Shown here: positions 10,301-20,400 of the stretch, piece after piece
Numbering within the stretch: position 1 is the first letter of the stretch
How the letters are laid out: the number at the start of each line of letters is the position of its first letter
From: an uncultured virus (IMG/VR IMGVR_UViG_2541047320_000011)
Taxonomy: Duplodnaviria > Heunggongvirae > Uroviricota > Caudoviricetes
DNA length: 64,000 bases
Strand: one strand, 5' to 3'
IMG/VR virus record: IMGVR_UViG_2541047320_000011
Coordinates: 62,001 to 126,000 of that record
Position numbers and translations under genes: made by a program
Notes under the pieces: generated by a model
What the model was told of the DNA's origin: nothing
Databases searched by the model: none
What the model saw: the letters and a program-made list of their open reading frames with translations, nothing else

Positions 10301-10483
10301 ATGCTTAAAACGTTATTTGTTTCATTAGCAATTTGTGTAATTATAAGACTATCTATATCAATATTTAATAAAACTTTGAAGTTCTTAAATATGTTTGAAA
10401 GTAGGAAAGAAAGTTTTGTTGGTTGGCTTATTTTAGTCGTATCAAGTTTAATTATCTATTGTTTGATGGATATAATATTGTAA
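10301..10483 (+). CDS. Small two-TM membrane protein
   Basis: AAGGAG SD directly after a TAAAA-N6-TTTTA site; two hydrophobic stretches. Confidence 0.65.
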   Translation: MLKTLFVSLAICVIIRLSISIFNKTLKFLNMFESRKESFVGWLILVVSSLIIYCLMDIIL

Positions 10484-10591
10484 AAAAATGATACAGTTTA
10501 GAAATATATGTAGATAAAAGATGGAATTAAAAGATGAACATAGTATGACAATCATAATCTCATATAGTATACTTAATTTAGAGGTGAGTAT

Positions 10592-11164
10592 ATGACTTGG
10601 AATGATTTAAAAAATAATGATATAACATATATAGTTGAATATATTAATAGTAAGTTAAATGATAGTAAGAGTTTGACTAAAGTTGCAATAGAGCTTGGTG
10701 TGTCTGAAAGCAGTATAAGAAAATATCTCACTAAAAGAGGTTATAAGCGTATAAATGATGAGTACATATTTATTGGTGACAATAGTATGACAAAGGTAGT
10801 AAACAACAGACAACAGAGTAATAATGATAATAGATTTAATATGACAATAGAAGATGACAACAATCACAACATAGTAATTGACAACCAATTTAAAAATAAT
10901 ATAATCTCTTTAGCAAAAGACTATGATAAAATACAAGATGTATTAAACTGGTTTGAGAATAAAGAAGATACAAATGTAATAGAAGTTGTACAGGATGGTA
11001 TTAAAATTGATTTACCTTCAAAAGATGCTATAAGAACTACAGTTAGGTTGAATAAAGATGCATGGAACTTATTTGATGAGTTTTGTGAAAAATTCAGAGA
11101 GTTTAATAAGTCTGATTTGATGAGCATGGCATTATTAGAATACATAAAGAAGTATGATAAATAA
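10592..11164 (+). CDS. DNA-binding protein, N-terminal HTH plus C-terminal ribbon-helix-helix-like domain
   Basis: SLTKVAIELGVSESSIRKYL; RTTVRLNKDAWNLFDEFC...KSDLMSMALLEY. Confidence 0.7.
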   Translation: MTWNDLKNNDITYIVEYINSKLNDSKSLTKVAIELGVSESSIRKYLTKRGYKRINDEYIFIGDNSMTKVVNNRQQSNNDNRFNMTIEDDNNHNIVIDNQFKNNIISLAKDYDKIQDVLNWFENKEDTNVIEVVQDGIKIDLPSKDAIRTTVRLNKDAWNLFDEFCEKFREFNKSDLMSMALLEYIKKYDK

Positions 11165-11271
11165 AAATAACAATAAAATCGTAGTTTTTAATTTAATATC
11201 TTATCAAAAAAAATTTTTATATTTTGGTAAGATTAATTAAACTAAATAAAATATAAAATTACTTAAAAATA

Positions 11272-11300
11272 TTGACAACTAAATAAAATAGGTATATGAT
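11272..11300 (+). promoter_or_regulatory. Sigma-A promoter with AACTAAATAAAAT box in the spacer
   Basis: TTGACA(11272)-N17-TATGAT(11295); boxes at 11240 and 11277. Confidence 0.75.
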
Positions 11301-11350
11301 ATATATATAATATAAAAAAGAATTTAGCTCTATAAAAGGATGTGATACAT

Positions 11351-12340
11351 ATGACTGGAATAGAAGCTCTGGAAGAATTTTTATTAAATTTAAAGTTATA
11401 TAATGATAGAGATGAGAAAACAATAAAAGCATATAGAACTGATGTAAAAGAAGGCATAAGGTATTTATTTAAAAAAGAAAATTGTACAATGGAAGAACTT
11501 GATAAAGTGCTTTTTACAGATATACAAGAAAAGTGGCTTATCTTATTAAAAGAAAAAGGAATGAAAGCAGCTACAATAAACAGAAAAAGAGCATCATTTA
11601 AAGCTTATTGTGCTTTCCTTAAAGCTAAAGGTAAAATTAAAGATAATCCAGTTAATTACGTTAAAAAATTACAAGATAAAATTCAATCTGAGAAAAAGAT
11701 ATTAACTAAAGATGAAATTATTAAGCTATTAGAAACTATGGATAAAGTATGTGTTGATAATAAAAATTATAATACTTATAGAGATATGCTAATTATAAAT
11801 ATACTTGTGTTTACTGGTATGAGAATACATGAAGTAGAAAAAATGAATATAAAAGATATAAATTTCTCGAATGGAGATTTTGAAGTAATAGGAAAAAGAA
11901 AATTAAAAAGAAATGTGGGTTTAAATGAACAAGTATTAAAAATGTATAGAGATTTTTTATACTTTAGAAATCAAATTGAAGGTAAAAAAGATAATAAAGA
12001 TAGCAACAATGCTTTGTTCTTATCCAGAAATAATTCAAGATTAACAACAAGGTCGATTGAAAGACTTGTAGAAAAAGCATTGAAGTTAGCTGGATTGCCC
12101 CATGTGACGCCTCATAGCTTTAAACATAGTTTTGTTTCAATAATGTCTGAAACAGATGCAAAATTAGAAGATATAGGAAAGTTTACAGGTAATAAAAATA
12201 TACAGACAATGTATAAACATTACAAGCATCAGGACAAAGAGAGTAATACAAAAAAAATGACTGAAGGTAATCCATTATATCAGTCAATTATTAAAAATAG
12301 GAGGTTGTCTTTAGTTAATAAAAAATATAGACAAATATAG
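11351..12340 (+). CDS. Tyrosine recombinase (XerC/D-like) with atypical active-site residues
   Basis: SAM-like N-terminus, TGMRIHE, IGKRK, TPHSFKHSF, GNKNIQTMYKHY. Confidence 0.88.
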   Translation: MTGIEALEEFLLNLKLYNDRDEKTIKAYRTDVKEGIRYLFKKENCTMEELDKVLFTDIQEKWLILLKEKGMKAATINRKRASFKAYCAFLKAKGKIKDNPVNYVKKLQDKIQSEKKILTKDEIIKLLETMDKVCVDNKNYNTYRDMLIINILVFTGMRIHEVEKMNIKDINFSNGDFEVIGKRKLKRNVGLNEQVLKMYRDFLYFRNQIEGKKDNKDSNNALFLSRNNSRLTTRSIERLVEKALKLAGLPHVTPHSFKHSFVSIMSETDAKLEDIGKFTGNKNIQTMYKHYKHQDKESNTKKMTEGNPLYQSIIKNRRLSLVNKKYRQI

Positions 12341-12537
12341 TTATTTATAGTCAAGAGGTGATTATATGGAAAACAATAAATATAAATCAAAAGAATGTTA
12401 ATTAATACTGGTAGATAAATTTTTTACATTATAAAATTATAGAACAATTAAGCTAAATAAAACATAATAATATGTACTTATAGATTGTGTTGTACTATAA
12501 TTTATTATATATGCTTAAAAAGGGAGTGAATTAAAAA

Positions 12538-13431
12538 ATGGTTAATAAATTAGAAAGTACAATAAGAGAGGAAGAAGTAAGACGTAACAGAATAAATGGA
12601 TACTTAGAAGAGTTTATAACTAAAGCTAAAATAGATAAAATAAGTAATTTAAATGAACAAAATATAGATAGTTTTATAAAAGGAAGATTAATAGGAGAAT
12701 CTACTACAACTGTATATACTAATTTAAGAATTTTAAGAGAGATATTAAAAGAAAATAATTGTAATATTAGTATAGATACTAACAAATACACAGATATGAT
12801 AAAATTTAATGCCAATAAATATTTTACAAGAAATCAAATAAAAAATATATGTAGTGCATTTTTAAATGCTCAAGATAAATTTATAGTATATGCTCTCTTT
12901 GAGGGTATCATGGGAAAAGATTATATAGAATTAAGATATTTGAAAGTGTCAGATATAGCAAAAGATTATTCATATATAGACCTTCCAGACAGAAGATTTA
13001 TTTGTGATGATTATATGAAGGAAATATTAGAAGATGTTATTGTAGAAGATTATTATACTAAAAGCGAAATAAAAGGAAGTAGTAAAGAAACAGAATATAA
13101 ATTTAACATGGATTGTGAATATATAATAAAAACTAGACCTACCAAATTAACTGATAATGGTATGAAGGCTATTAGTAAGAATGGAATACAAAATAGGTTA
13201 AAAACTTTATCAGTAGCATTTTCAGATTTAGACATACATCTGACTGGTAAGACTTTACAAAAATCAGGGATAATATACGATATGTATGAACAAGAAGCTT
13301 ATGAGTGTGTATCTTGGTCTATCCCTGAAATAAAAAAATATTTAGAGTTAAAGTGCTTGAAAGGTGATGCAAATAATATATATAAAGCATATCATCAGAG
13401 GTATCATAATTTAAAGACTAATCGAGAATAA
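12538..13431 (+). CDS. Degenerate recombinase-fold protein, MrpR/YopR(SroF)-like phage repressor
   Basis: NAQDKFIVYALFEGIMG..ELRYLKVSDI (box I lacking Arg), KTLQKSG in place of HxxR; adjacent to a recombinase. Confidence 0.65.
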   Translation: MVNKLESTIREEEVRRNRINGYLEEFITKAKIDKISNLNEQNIDSFIKGRLIGESTTTVYTNLRILREILKENNCNISIDTNKYTDMIKFNANKYFTRNQIKNICSAFLNAQDKFIVYALFEGIMGKDYIELRYLKVSDIAKDYSYIDLPDRRFICDDYMKEILEDVIVEDYYTKSEIKGSSKETEYKFNMDCEYIIKTRPTKLTDNGMKAISKNGIQNRLKTLSVAFSDLDIHLTGKTLQKSGIIYDMYEQEAYECVSWSIPEIKKYLELKCLKGDANNIYKAYHQRYHNLKTNRE

Positions 13432-13432
13432 A

Positions 13433-13476
13433 AATCTTTTTATAAATGTGCATGTTAGTGCATTTATAAAAAGATT
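13433..13476. terminator. Hairpin / probable terminator
   Basis: AATCTTTTTATAAATG...CATTTATAAAAAGATT inverted repeat. Confidence 0.55.
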
Positions 13477-13535
13477 CAACAAATCTATAAAATCAAAAAT
13501 CAAAAAAATAAAAATAATTTTAGAAAAAATATACA

Positions 13536-13547
13536 GAACGGTTGTTC
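13536..13547. promoter_or_regulatory. LexA/DinR SOS box
   Basis: GAAC-GGTT-GTTC just upstream of TG-A-TATAAT (13555-13560). Confidence 0.7.
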
Positions 13548-13591
13548 GATATGATATAATATAAATATAATGGGTTAGAGAGGAGAAGCAG

Positions 13592-13930
13592 ATGAGTATA
13601 ATAAAAGCGACAAATAAATTTCAGGGAAATTCATTGGAGAAGAATGAGCAACGTATTGAAATGATTAAAATAACAAAAGATGATGCTGATTTGCCAATTA
13701 AAATTAAAAAACTTATAAAGTACATAGAAGAAAAGAATTTAGAAAAAATTCAATATGTCATAGAAAATATATTGTTTTTTGAAATAGTTTCATTTGATAC
13801 AATAATTAAGTACATAAATAAATTAAATGGATATGAAAATATAGAAAACGATTTTAAAGAAGTTTATATATTAAAGGCAGAGAATGGATTTAGAAGGACT
13901 ATGGATTATTTAGTTAGAAGAATACAATGA
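13592..13930 (+). CDS. Hypothetical protein, probably SOS-regulated; paralog of 3451-3789
   Basis: MSIIKATNKFQGN...LKAENGFRRTMDYL. Confidence 0.75.
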   Translation: MSIIKATNKFQGNSLEKNEQRIEMIKITKDDADLPIKIKKLIKYIEEKNLEKIQYVIENILFFEIVSFDTIIKYINKLNGYENIENDFKEVYILKAENGFRRTMDYLVRRIQ

Positions 13931-14226
13931 TTAAAGTTATTTATCATAGAGAAATTAAGCTATTCTAAGTCACTATTAAATCTTAGAATAGCTGATAGAA
14001 TATATTGTAAATTTATATTTTTAATAAAATCAACAAATAAATAAAATGCAAAATGGAATGTATGGAGTGTGAAAAGTGGAAGAATATCAGTTTAACTTAA
14101 TAAAAAAGCTTTGTGCTGAAAGAAAAATACACAAAGGCTGGTTTAGAAATATTGAAAAATGTGGTTGTGGAGGTAAATGTAATAAGAAAAATTGTAAGAT
14201 GTTAGAAAAATTATAGGGAGGTACAT

Positions 14227-14460
14227 ATGGAAAATCAAACTGAATTAACAGAAAAAGATATAGAGAAAACTTTAAGTGCTTTAAATATTATTAAATATAT
14301 TTGTATAATATCTAAACATTGCAAAAATTGTCCTCTTGGATATATGAAAAATCTTGATGAACATAATTGTATGCTATATGAATTAGTAGACAAGGGTTTA
14401 CTTCCATGTGATTGGTCTGTAAAAAAAGTTACAAGATTGTTAGATACGACAGAAGAATAA
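14227..14460 (+). CDS. Small Cys-rich hypothetical protein
   Basis: CKNCPL; GGAGG SD. Confidence 0.65.
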   Translation: MENQTELTEKDIEKTLSALNIIKYICIISKHCKNCPLGYMKNLDEHNCMLYELVDKGLLPCDWSVKKVTRLLDTTEE

Positions 14461-14478
14461 AACAAAGGAGCTGGTTAA

Positions 14479-14892
14479 GTGGAGTTAGATTTCAGAATTT
14501 GGAATGGATTTAGAATGATACATGGAGAAGAATTAAGATTACTAACAGAAGAGATGTTTATAAAAAGTGGATATTCTGAACAATACTATAACGATATTTG
14601 TATACCAAGAGTAGAAGATTTGAAAATAATGCAATACATAGGGCTAAAAGATTGTTTTGAAAAAAAGATATTTCAATATGATATTGTTAAATTTATCTTT
14701 GATGGTGTTTGGAAAGTATGTTTAGTAAATTTATCTTTGCCAAAAGGAGCAACAGTTACATTTGAAAGCATAGGTGGAAAATATACTTTTAATTTAAGTG
14801 AAGTATTTTCAAAAGATAGGAAATTAGAAATCATAGGTAATTTTTATGAAAATAAAGATGTAATCAAAAAATATAATCTTAGTATTGAATAG
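14479..14892 (+). CDS. YopX family protein
   Basis: FRIWNG, MQYIGLKD..KKIFQYDIV, LEIIGNFYEN. Confidence 0.85.
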   Translation: MELDFRIWNGFRMIHGEELRLLTEEMFIKSGYSEQYYNDICIPRVEDLKIMQYIGLKDCFEKKIFQYDIVKFIFDGVWKVCLVNLSLPKGATVTFESIGGKYTFNLSEVFSKDRKLEIIGNFYENKDVIKKYNLSIE

Positions 14893-14901
14893 GAGAAGAA
14901 A

Positions 14902-15096
14902 ATGGATGAAATGATAATTAGGGTGAAAATGGGAGAACCATTACCAACACTAGGAAAGATAATCAAATGTACTACATGTTTAACTAATGAAGAGAAATGT
15001 TTTAAGGTTAATAAGATATGTAAATTAAGTTGGATCAACGATAGGAATAGTGAAGGGTTAATTGTAGAATGCAAAGGTAAATATATTAAATATTAA
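14902..15096 (+). CDS. Hypothetical protein
   Basis: ORF with AGGAG SD. Confidence 0.6.
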   Translation: MDEMIIRVKMGEPLPTLGKIIKCTTCLTNEEKCFKVNKICKLSWINDRNSEGLIVECKGKYIKY

Positions 15097-15302
15097 TAAG
15101 AATAATGAAGTTAAAATCAAGATTTTAATAGAAAAGGAGTGATTAAAAATGAAGAAAAATCCAATAAGAATTAAAAAATGTGACTGCGGTGGAGATATAT
15201 ATGAACTTAATACACAATTAGGTACTATGTATCAATGTAAAAGCTGTGGGGAGATGTATAGATAGTGCTAAAATATTAGCTAAAGAAGATGAGGTGAAGT
15301 CA

Positions 15303-15844
15303 ATGAGTAAAAAAGATAAGTTATCTATTTTTATAAGTTTAATATTAAGACATAAACCAGAAATTATTGGAATTAAACTAGATGATTATGGATATGCAGA
15401 TGTTAATAAATTGATTGAAAAATAAATAATACTGGTAGAAATATTAATATAGAAATCCTTGAGCAAATAGTTAAAGAAGATAATAAGCAAAGGTACAGTT
15501 TTAATAAGGATAGAAGTAATATTAGAGCAAATCAAGGACATTCAATTAATGTTAATGTGGAATTGAGGGAATTAGAACCACCAAGGTTTCTCTATCATGG
15601 GACAGCGACTAGATTTTTAGATAATATTAAAAAGGAAGGTATTATTAGCAAAAGTAGATTATATGTACATTTATCTAACGACATAGATACTGCTGTTCAC
15701 GTTGGGAAAAGGCATGGTATATCTATAGTTCTAAAAATTAATACAGGAAAAATGTATGAAAATGGTTATAAATTTTACTTATCTGAAAACAATATTTGGT
15801 TATGTGAGTATATACCATTTAAATATGTAGAGATTTTTGGGTAG
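15303..15844 (+). pseudogene. kptA: RNA 2'-phosphotransferase KptA/Tpt1, frameshifted
   Basis: [35 protein letters not shown]; one A missing in the run at 15418-15422 gives TAA at 15423. Confidence 0.9.
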
Positions 15845-15986
15845 ATAAATCAAGGTATTCAACTTTTAGAAATTTTAAAATAAAGGTGTTTTCAATAGAA
15901 AATATTAAATTGTAAAAAATAGGGTACTAAAAATGATTAACTTTAAAATTATAAAATATCTAATTACAGTTTAGGAGGAATGGGTT

Positions 15987-16250
15987 ATGAAATATGAAGA
16001 ATATGAGGTAGCTTTAAAAAGAATTGAAGAGTTTGAAGAAATAACAGAATACAAACAAATTGCTGACGAAGTATTAGAAAAATTAGATTCTAATAATTGT
16101 ATATTAAAAATAAAATTTGATTTTGGCGATTGTCTAACATACGACTTAAATTTAAGTTCTGACAATGATGGACATTTTATAAAAAAAGAAATGTATTGTG
16201 CATTTAGAAATATCAAAAATAAACTTGAAGAAATGATGGAAGAAATATAA
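15987..16250 (+). CDS. Hypothetical protein flanked by direct repeats
   Basis: AGGAGG SD; AAAATATCTAATTA at 15953 and 16254. Confidence 0.7.
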   Translation: MKYEEYEVALKRIEEFEEITEYKQIADEVLEKLDSNNCILKIKFDFGDCLTYDLNLSSDNDGHFIKKEMYCAFRNIKNKLEEMMEEI

Positions 16251-16619
16251 GTAAAAATATCTAATTAAAACAGTTTAGAAAATTGCAAAGTGTCTTTTGA
16301 TCTAAAATTGCTGAAGTGTTTTTAACTGGAAATGCGAATGATAGAGAGGAAAAAAGTTTCTTATACTTTGTGAAGAAAATAAGGTGTGTGTCAGATGTGG
16401 AGATGAATTAAAAGAGGGATGGTATAAAGTGAACATAGAATTGTGTAATAAATGCTATGAAATATTTGATACTGAGTATAAAAATAAAAAGATAATTAGA
16501 GAATTATTTTTTAGAGATAAAGATGTAAATATAGAGTTATTTTAAAAGATGCTTGTTAATGAAAACTAGTATTTTTAAAGATGACAACAGTATGACAAGA
16601 ATAATGAGTATATAAAGGA

Positions 16620-16943
16620 GTGATATTTATTAAAAGTTTTAGATGTATATTCAGACATAAGTTTTCAAGGATAAAAGATTGTCAATTAATTACAACAAGG
16701 AGTCAACAATATACTTGTAAAATTTGGATGTGTAAATATTGTGGACAAATTGTAGCTGGGTCAACGCCTGTTTATCATCCTAATATGAAAGTCAATGAGT
16801 ATTGTATAAAGTGTGAGTTTTCGGCATGTGCAAATAATTATGAGGGATATTGTAACTCTAAAGATAAAGAAATTGAATTTAAGTCTATTTGCTTAGAAGA
16901 TAATAAAGAGATTTTGCAGTGTAAAAATCTTGATTTAGAATAA
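16620..16943 (+). CDS. Cys-rich hypothetical protein (possible ATT start at 16629)
   Basis: CKYCG and CIKCEF motifs. Confidence 0.6.
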   Translation: MIFIKSFRCIFRHKFSRIKDCQLITTRSQQYTCKIWMCKYCGQIVAGSTPVYHPNMKVNEYCIKCEFSACANNYEGYCNSKDKEIEFKSICLEDNKEILQCKNLDLE

Positions 16944-17129
16944 AGTTTAAATTAAATAGGAGGATTTTAAAATATGAAAATAAATGTATATGTTAAAACT
17001 AATAGAGTTGGTTCAGGCTGTGAACTGGAGCTTATGCGAGACCTATTGAAATGTTTTTATCTAAAGTAGATAAAGAAAAATATCCTAGTGTTATTCAAGA
17101 ATATAGGTTTGAAGAAGTGTAAATAAGTA

Positions 17130-18176
17130 ATGATACATAGTTTATTAAACAAGGAGGGTGTGATTTTGGACATTAAATCAAGGTTAGAATCAAAAGAATA
17201 TAATTTTCTTAGAGAAGAAGAAAGATTAAAAAATAGAATGATACTTCTTACAACTGGAGGAAGTTTTGCATATGGAACTAATATAGATACTCCTGAGCAT
17301 ATATCTGATTTAGACATAAGAGGGATATATTTAAATTCAGCACAAGAAATATTAACTATGAATTGTATAAATAAGCCATATGAAAATAAACAAACAGATA
17401 CAGTTATATATCCATTAAAACAAATAATAACATTATTATTAAATGTAAATCCAAATGTAATAGAAATATTAGGTACGAGAAAAGAAGACTTATTTGTTTG
17501 TACTGAAGAAGGGAAGCTTTTAAAAGATAATGTAGATTTATTTTTAACTAAAAGAGCTGCTAATAGTTTTGGTGGATATGCAATATCTCAACTAAGAAGA
17601 TTACAAAATGCTTTAGCAAGAGATAACTATAAACAAAAAGAAAAAGAAGAACACATAATGAACAGTGTAAAAAGGCAAATGAAAACATTTGAAGATAGAT
17701 ATAAAGTCGTATCCGAGGAAGAAATAAAATTGTATATTGAAGAATCTAAAAGAACAGATTTAGAAGAAGAAATTTTTATAGATGTTAATCTGAAAAAATA
17801 TCCACTCAGAGATTTAAAAGGTATGTGGAGTGAAATGAATAATATACTAAAAGATTATTCTAAATTAAATCATAGAAATAATAAAAAAGATGAATTACAC
17901 CTTAATAAACATGCTATGCATTTAATTAGATTATTTTTAATGGGCATAGAAATACTAGAAGGAAAAGGGATTAATACATATCGAGAGAATGATAAGGAGT
18001 TTTTATTAGATATAAGAAAGGGAAAATATACCTATAATGAAATATTTGAGATAGTAAATGAATTAGATAAAAACTTTAAGTATGCAGAAAAAAATTCTTG
18101 TCTACCTAATTCTCCAGATATGAAAAAAGTAAATGAACTGGTCATGTATATGACTAATAGAGTATTAAACAGATAG
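17130..18176 (+). CDS. Pol-beta superfamily nucleotidyltransferase (RlaP/Nuc-transf-like)
   Basis: GGSFAYGT...SDLDIRGIY, NPNVIEIL, KHAMHLIRL; start probably TTG 17166. Confidence 0.85.
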   Translation: MIHSLLNKEGVILDIKSRLESKEYNFLREEERLKNRMILLTTGGSFAYGTNIDTPEHISDLDIRGIYLNSAQEILTMNCINKPYENKQTDTVIYPLKQIITLLLNVNPNVIEILGTRKEDLFVCTEEGKLLKDNVDLFLTKRAANSFGGYAISQLRRLQNALARDNYKQKEKEEHIMNSVKRQMKTFEDRYKVVSEEEIKLYIEESKRTDLEEEIFIDVNLKKYPLRDLKGMWSEMNNILKDYSKLNHRNNKKDELHLNKHAMHLIRLFLMGIEILEGKGINTYRENDKEFLLDIRKGKYTYNEIFEIVNELDKNFKYAEKNSCLPNSPDMKKVNELVMYMTNRVLNR

Positions 18177-18325
18177 ATAATCAAAGAGGTATAAACATGA
18201 GCGTAATCAATAAAAAAAATAAAGACATTCATTTTTACGAAGAGAAAATATCTATTCCTAATGAGCTATGTATTTATTTTAATAAGTGGTTGGAAACTAG
18301 CAAAATCAAATAAGGAGGTATTAGT

Positions 18326-18676
18326 TTGAATATAAATAAATTAAAAAAAATAAAAGAAAGAAAAACAAAAAGATGGAATATAGAAAAAATTACTAATAGG
18401 ATAAATGACCATATGAATATTCAGGAGGATATAGAAAAATGGGATAAATTTGAAACACCAATTATTAGTAAGGAGGTAGATTTTTATTTATTGAAAATAG
18501 GATTTCAATATGGAAGGAATAATGGGAGGAATGTCTTGGTAGGAATTAAGGATATGCGTCATATATCAATAAGTAAAGTTAATTCTAACTTATTATCAAT
18601 AGATATATATAAATTTATTAAACAAGAAGATGGCAAATTTAGTGAATTTAAAGCACATGAATATATAGAAAAGTAA
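18326..18676 (+). CDS. Hypothetical protein
   Basis: ORF with AGGAGG SD. Confidence 0.65.
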   Translation: MNINKLKKIKERKTKRWNIEKITNRINDHMNIQEDIEKWDKFETPIISKEVDFYLLKIGFQYGRNNGRNVLVGIKDMRHISISKVNSNLLSIDIYKFIKQEDGKFSEFKAHEYIEK

Positions 18677-18729
18677 TTAAAACAAATGTTTTAATGTGAT
18701 TTTACCTAGTAGATACAAGGAGGTTTTTA

Positions 18730-20013
18730 ATGAAAGAACTTTTAGAAGTAAAAAAAATATTCGATAGTTTAGCAGCTACATCTAGTAGAAAAGAAAAAGA
18801 GAGAATATTAGAAAAATATAAAAATAATAGAATGTTTGTTGAATGCTTGCAATTTCTTTTAGATACATATATTGTAACTGGAATATCTAAAAAGAAGATA
18901 TCTAAGTCATTAAATAGTGTTAATTATAGTAATTTAAATAATGTATATGATATGATTGATTACCTATCTAAAAATAACACAGGAAGAGACATTGACATTA
19001 AAACTATACAAGTATTTGCGAATCAAAATGAAGAATTGAAAAAATTTATAATTGGATTAGCTACAAAATCAATTAAATTAGGCTTGACATCAAAAACTGC
19101 AAACAAAATAATGCCAGGACTTGTAAGAGAATTTGGGGTAATGTTAGCAGAAAATTATGATAAAAATAAAGATAAACTTGGTAATAAAGAATTTATTTTA
19201 ACACCTAAACTGGATGGAACAAGAATAATAGTAGTTAAAGATAAAAACTCCATTAAAATATTTAGTAGACAAGGACAGATAATAGAAAATTTAATTGATA
19301 TAGAGAAAGATTTTATTAAAATGCCTGTAGGAGTTTATGATGGTGAATTACTTGCAGAAGGTATCTATAAAAATTCTAAAGAGCGATTTAAAGATACTTT
19401 AAAAAGATGTAGAATTAAAGGTACTAAAACAGGATTAAAAATGGTTTGTTATGACTATATTCAAAATATAAATGACTTTTATGCAGGAGAAGATAAAACA
19501 CCATGTTATATTAGAAAAAACAAACTTGAAAGGATATTTAAAAGACTTATCAATGAACTAAAATATATTGAATATTTAGAACCATTATATCAAGGTAGAG
19601 ATGTTACAATGATTACTAAATATTTAAGTGAAATGATATCCAATAATGAAGAGGGAGTAATGATTAATATATCTGATGAATCATATCAATGTAAACGTGT
19701 AAAAAGCTTACTTAAAGTAAAGGTGTTTAATACATGTGATATAAGATGTATTGATATAGAGGAAGGTGATGGTAAATACAAGGATTTGTTAGGCAACATA
19801 ATATGTGATTATAAAGGATATAGATTAGGAGTTGGCTCTGGATTTACAGATGAACAACGTAAGTATTATTTTATTAATCAAAATAAGATATTAGGAAGAG
19901 TTATAGAAGTAAAATTTTTCGAGGAAACCAACAATGAAAAAGGTGAACTATCCTTAAGATTTCCTGTTTTTCTAAGAGTTAGAGAGGAAGGTAAAGAAGT
20001 TTCTTATTATTAA
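18730..20013 (+). CDS. lig: ATP-dependent DNA ligase
   Basis: KLDGTR, YDGEL, EGVMI, LLKVK, GSGF, SLRFPVF. Confidence 0.95.
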   Translation: MKELLEVKKIFDSLAATSSRKEKERILEKYKNNRMFVECLQFLLDTYIVTGISKKKISKSLNSVNYSNLNNVYDMIDYLSKNNTGRDIDIKTIQVFANQNEELKKFIIGLATKSIKLGLTSKTANKIMPGLVREFGVMLAENYDKNKDKLGNKEFILTPKLDGTRIIVVKDKNSIKIFSRQGQIIENLIDIEKDFIKMPVGVYDGELLAEGIYKNSKERFKDTLKRCRIKGTKTGLKMVCYDYIQNINDFYAGEDKTPCYIRKNKLERIFKRLINELKYIEYLEPLYQGRDVTMITKYLSEMISNNEEGVMINISDESYQCKRVKSLLKVKVFNTCDIRCIDIEEGDGKYKDLLGNIICDYKGYRLGVGSGFTDEQRKYYFINQNKILGRVIEVKFFEETNNEKGELSLRFPVFLRVREEGKEVSYY

Positions 20014-20064
20014 AAAGATATACACAAAGTATTTAATTGTGCGAATATAAATAATAAAATTATA

Positions 20065-20175
20065 AACTAAATAAAATACAAAATAACTATTGAAATAAAT
20101 AAGAAGTTATGTTATTATTATAAATAAGGAAGAGGAACTAAATACAATATGTTAAAGATATAAACTAAATAAAAT
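20065..20175 (+). promoter_or_regulatory. Sigma-A promoter with three AACTAAATAAAAT-type boxes
   Basis: TTGAAA(20090)-N17-TATTAT(20113) with TG extension; boxes at 20065, 20136, 20163. Confidence 0.75.
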
Positions 20176-20199
20176 ACAAAATGATAGAGGTATAAATGT

Positions 20200-20400
20200 A
20201 TGAATAGGATTTATTTTGCGAAAAATAAAGATATGGAAGATTTTTATATAGGTAATGGTAATAGAATTGGTTTTAAGACATTAGGAGGCTTGAGAGCTTC
20301 GTTAACTCTTAAAAATAAAAATATTGAACAATATGATTTATATTATATAGATTTAAATTTTAATATTCATAAATTTGTAGATTGGGAGAAGATAAAATGA
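20200..20400 (+). CDS. Hypothetical protein
   Basis: ORF with GAGG SD. Confidence 0.6.
   Translation: MNRIYFAKNKDMEDFYIGNGNRIGFKTLGGLRASLTLKNKNIEQYDLYYIDLNFNIHKFVDWEKIK

Noticed and set aside
16280..16560. Possible tRNA or ncRNA in an ORF-poor gap
   Set aside because: No cloverleaf or T-loop pattern; looks like decayed coding sequence
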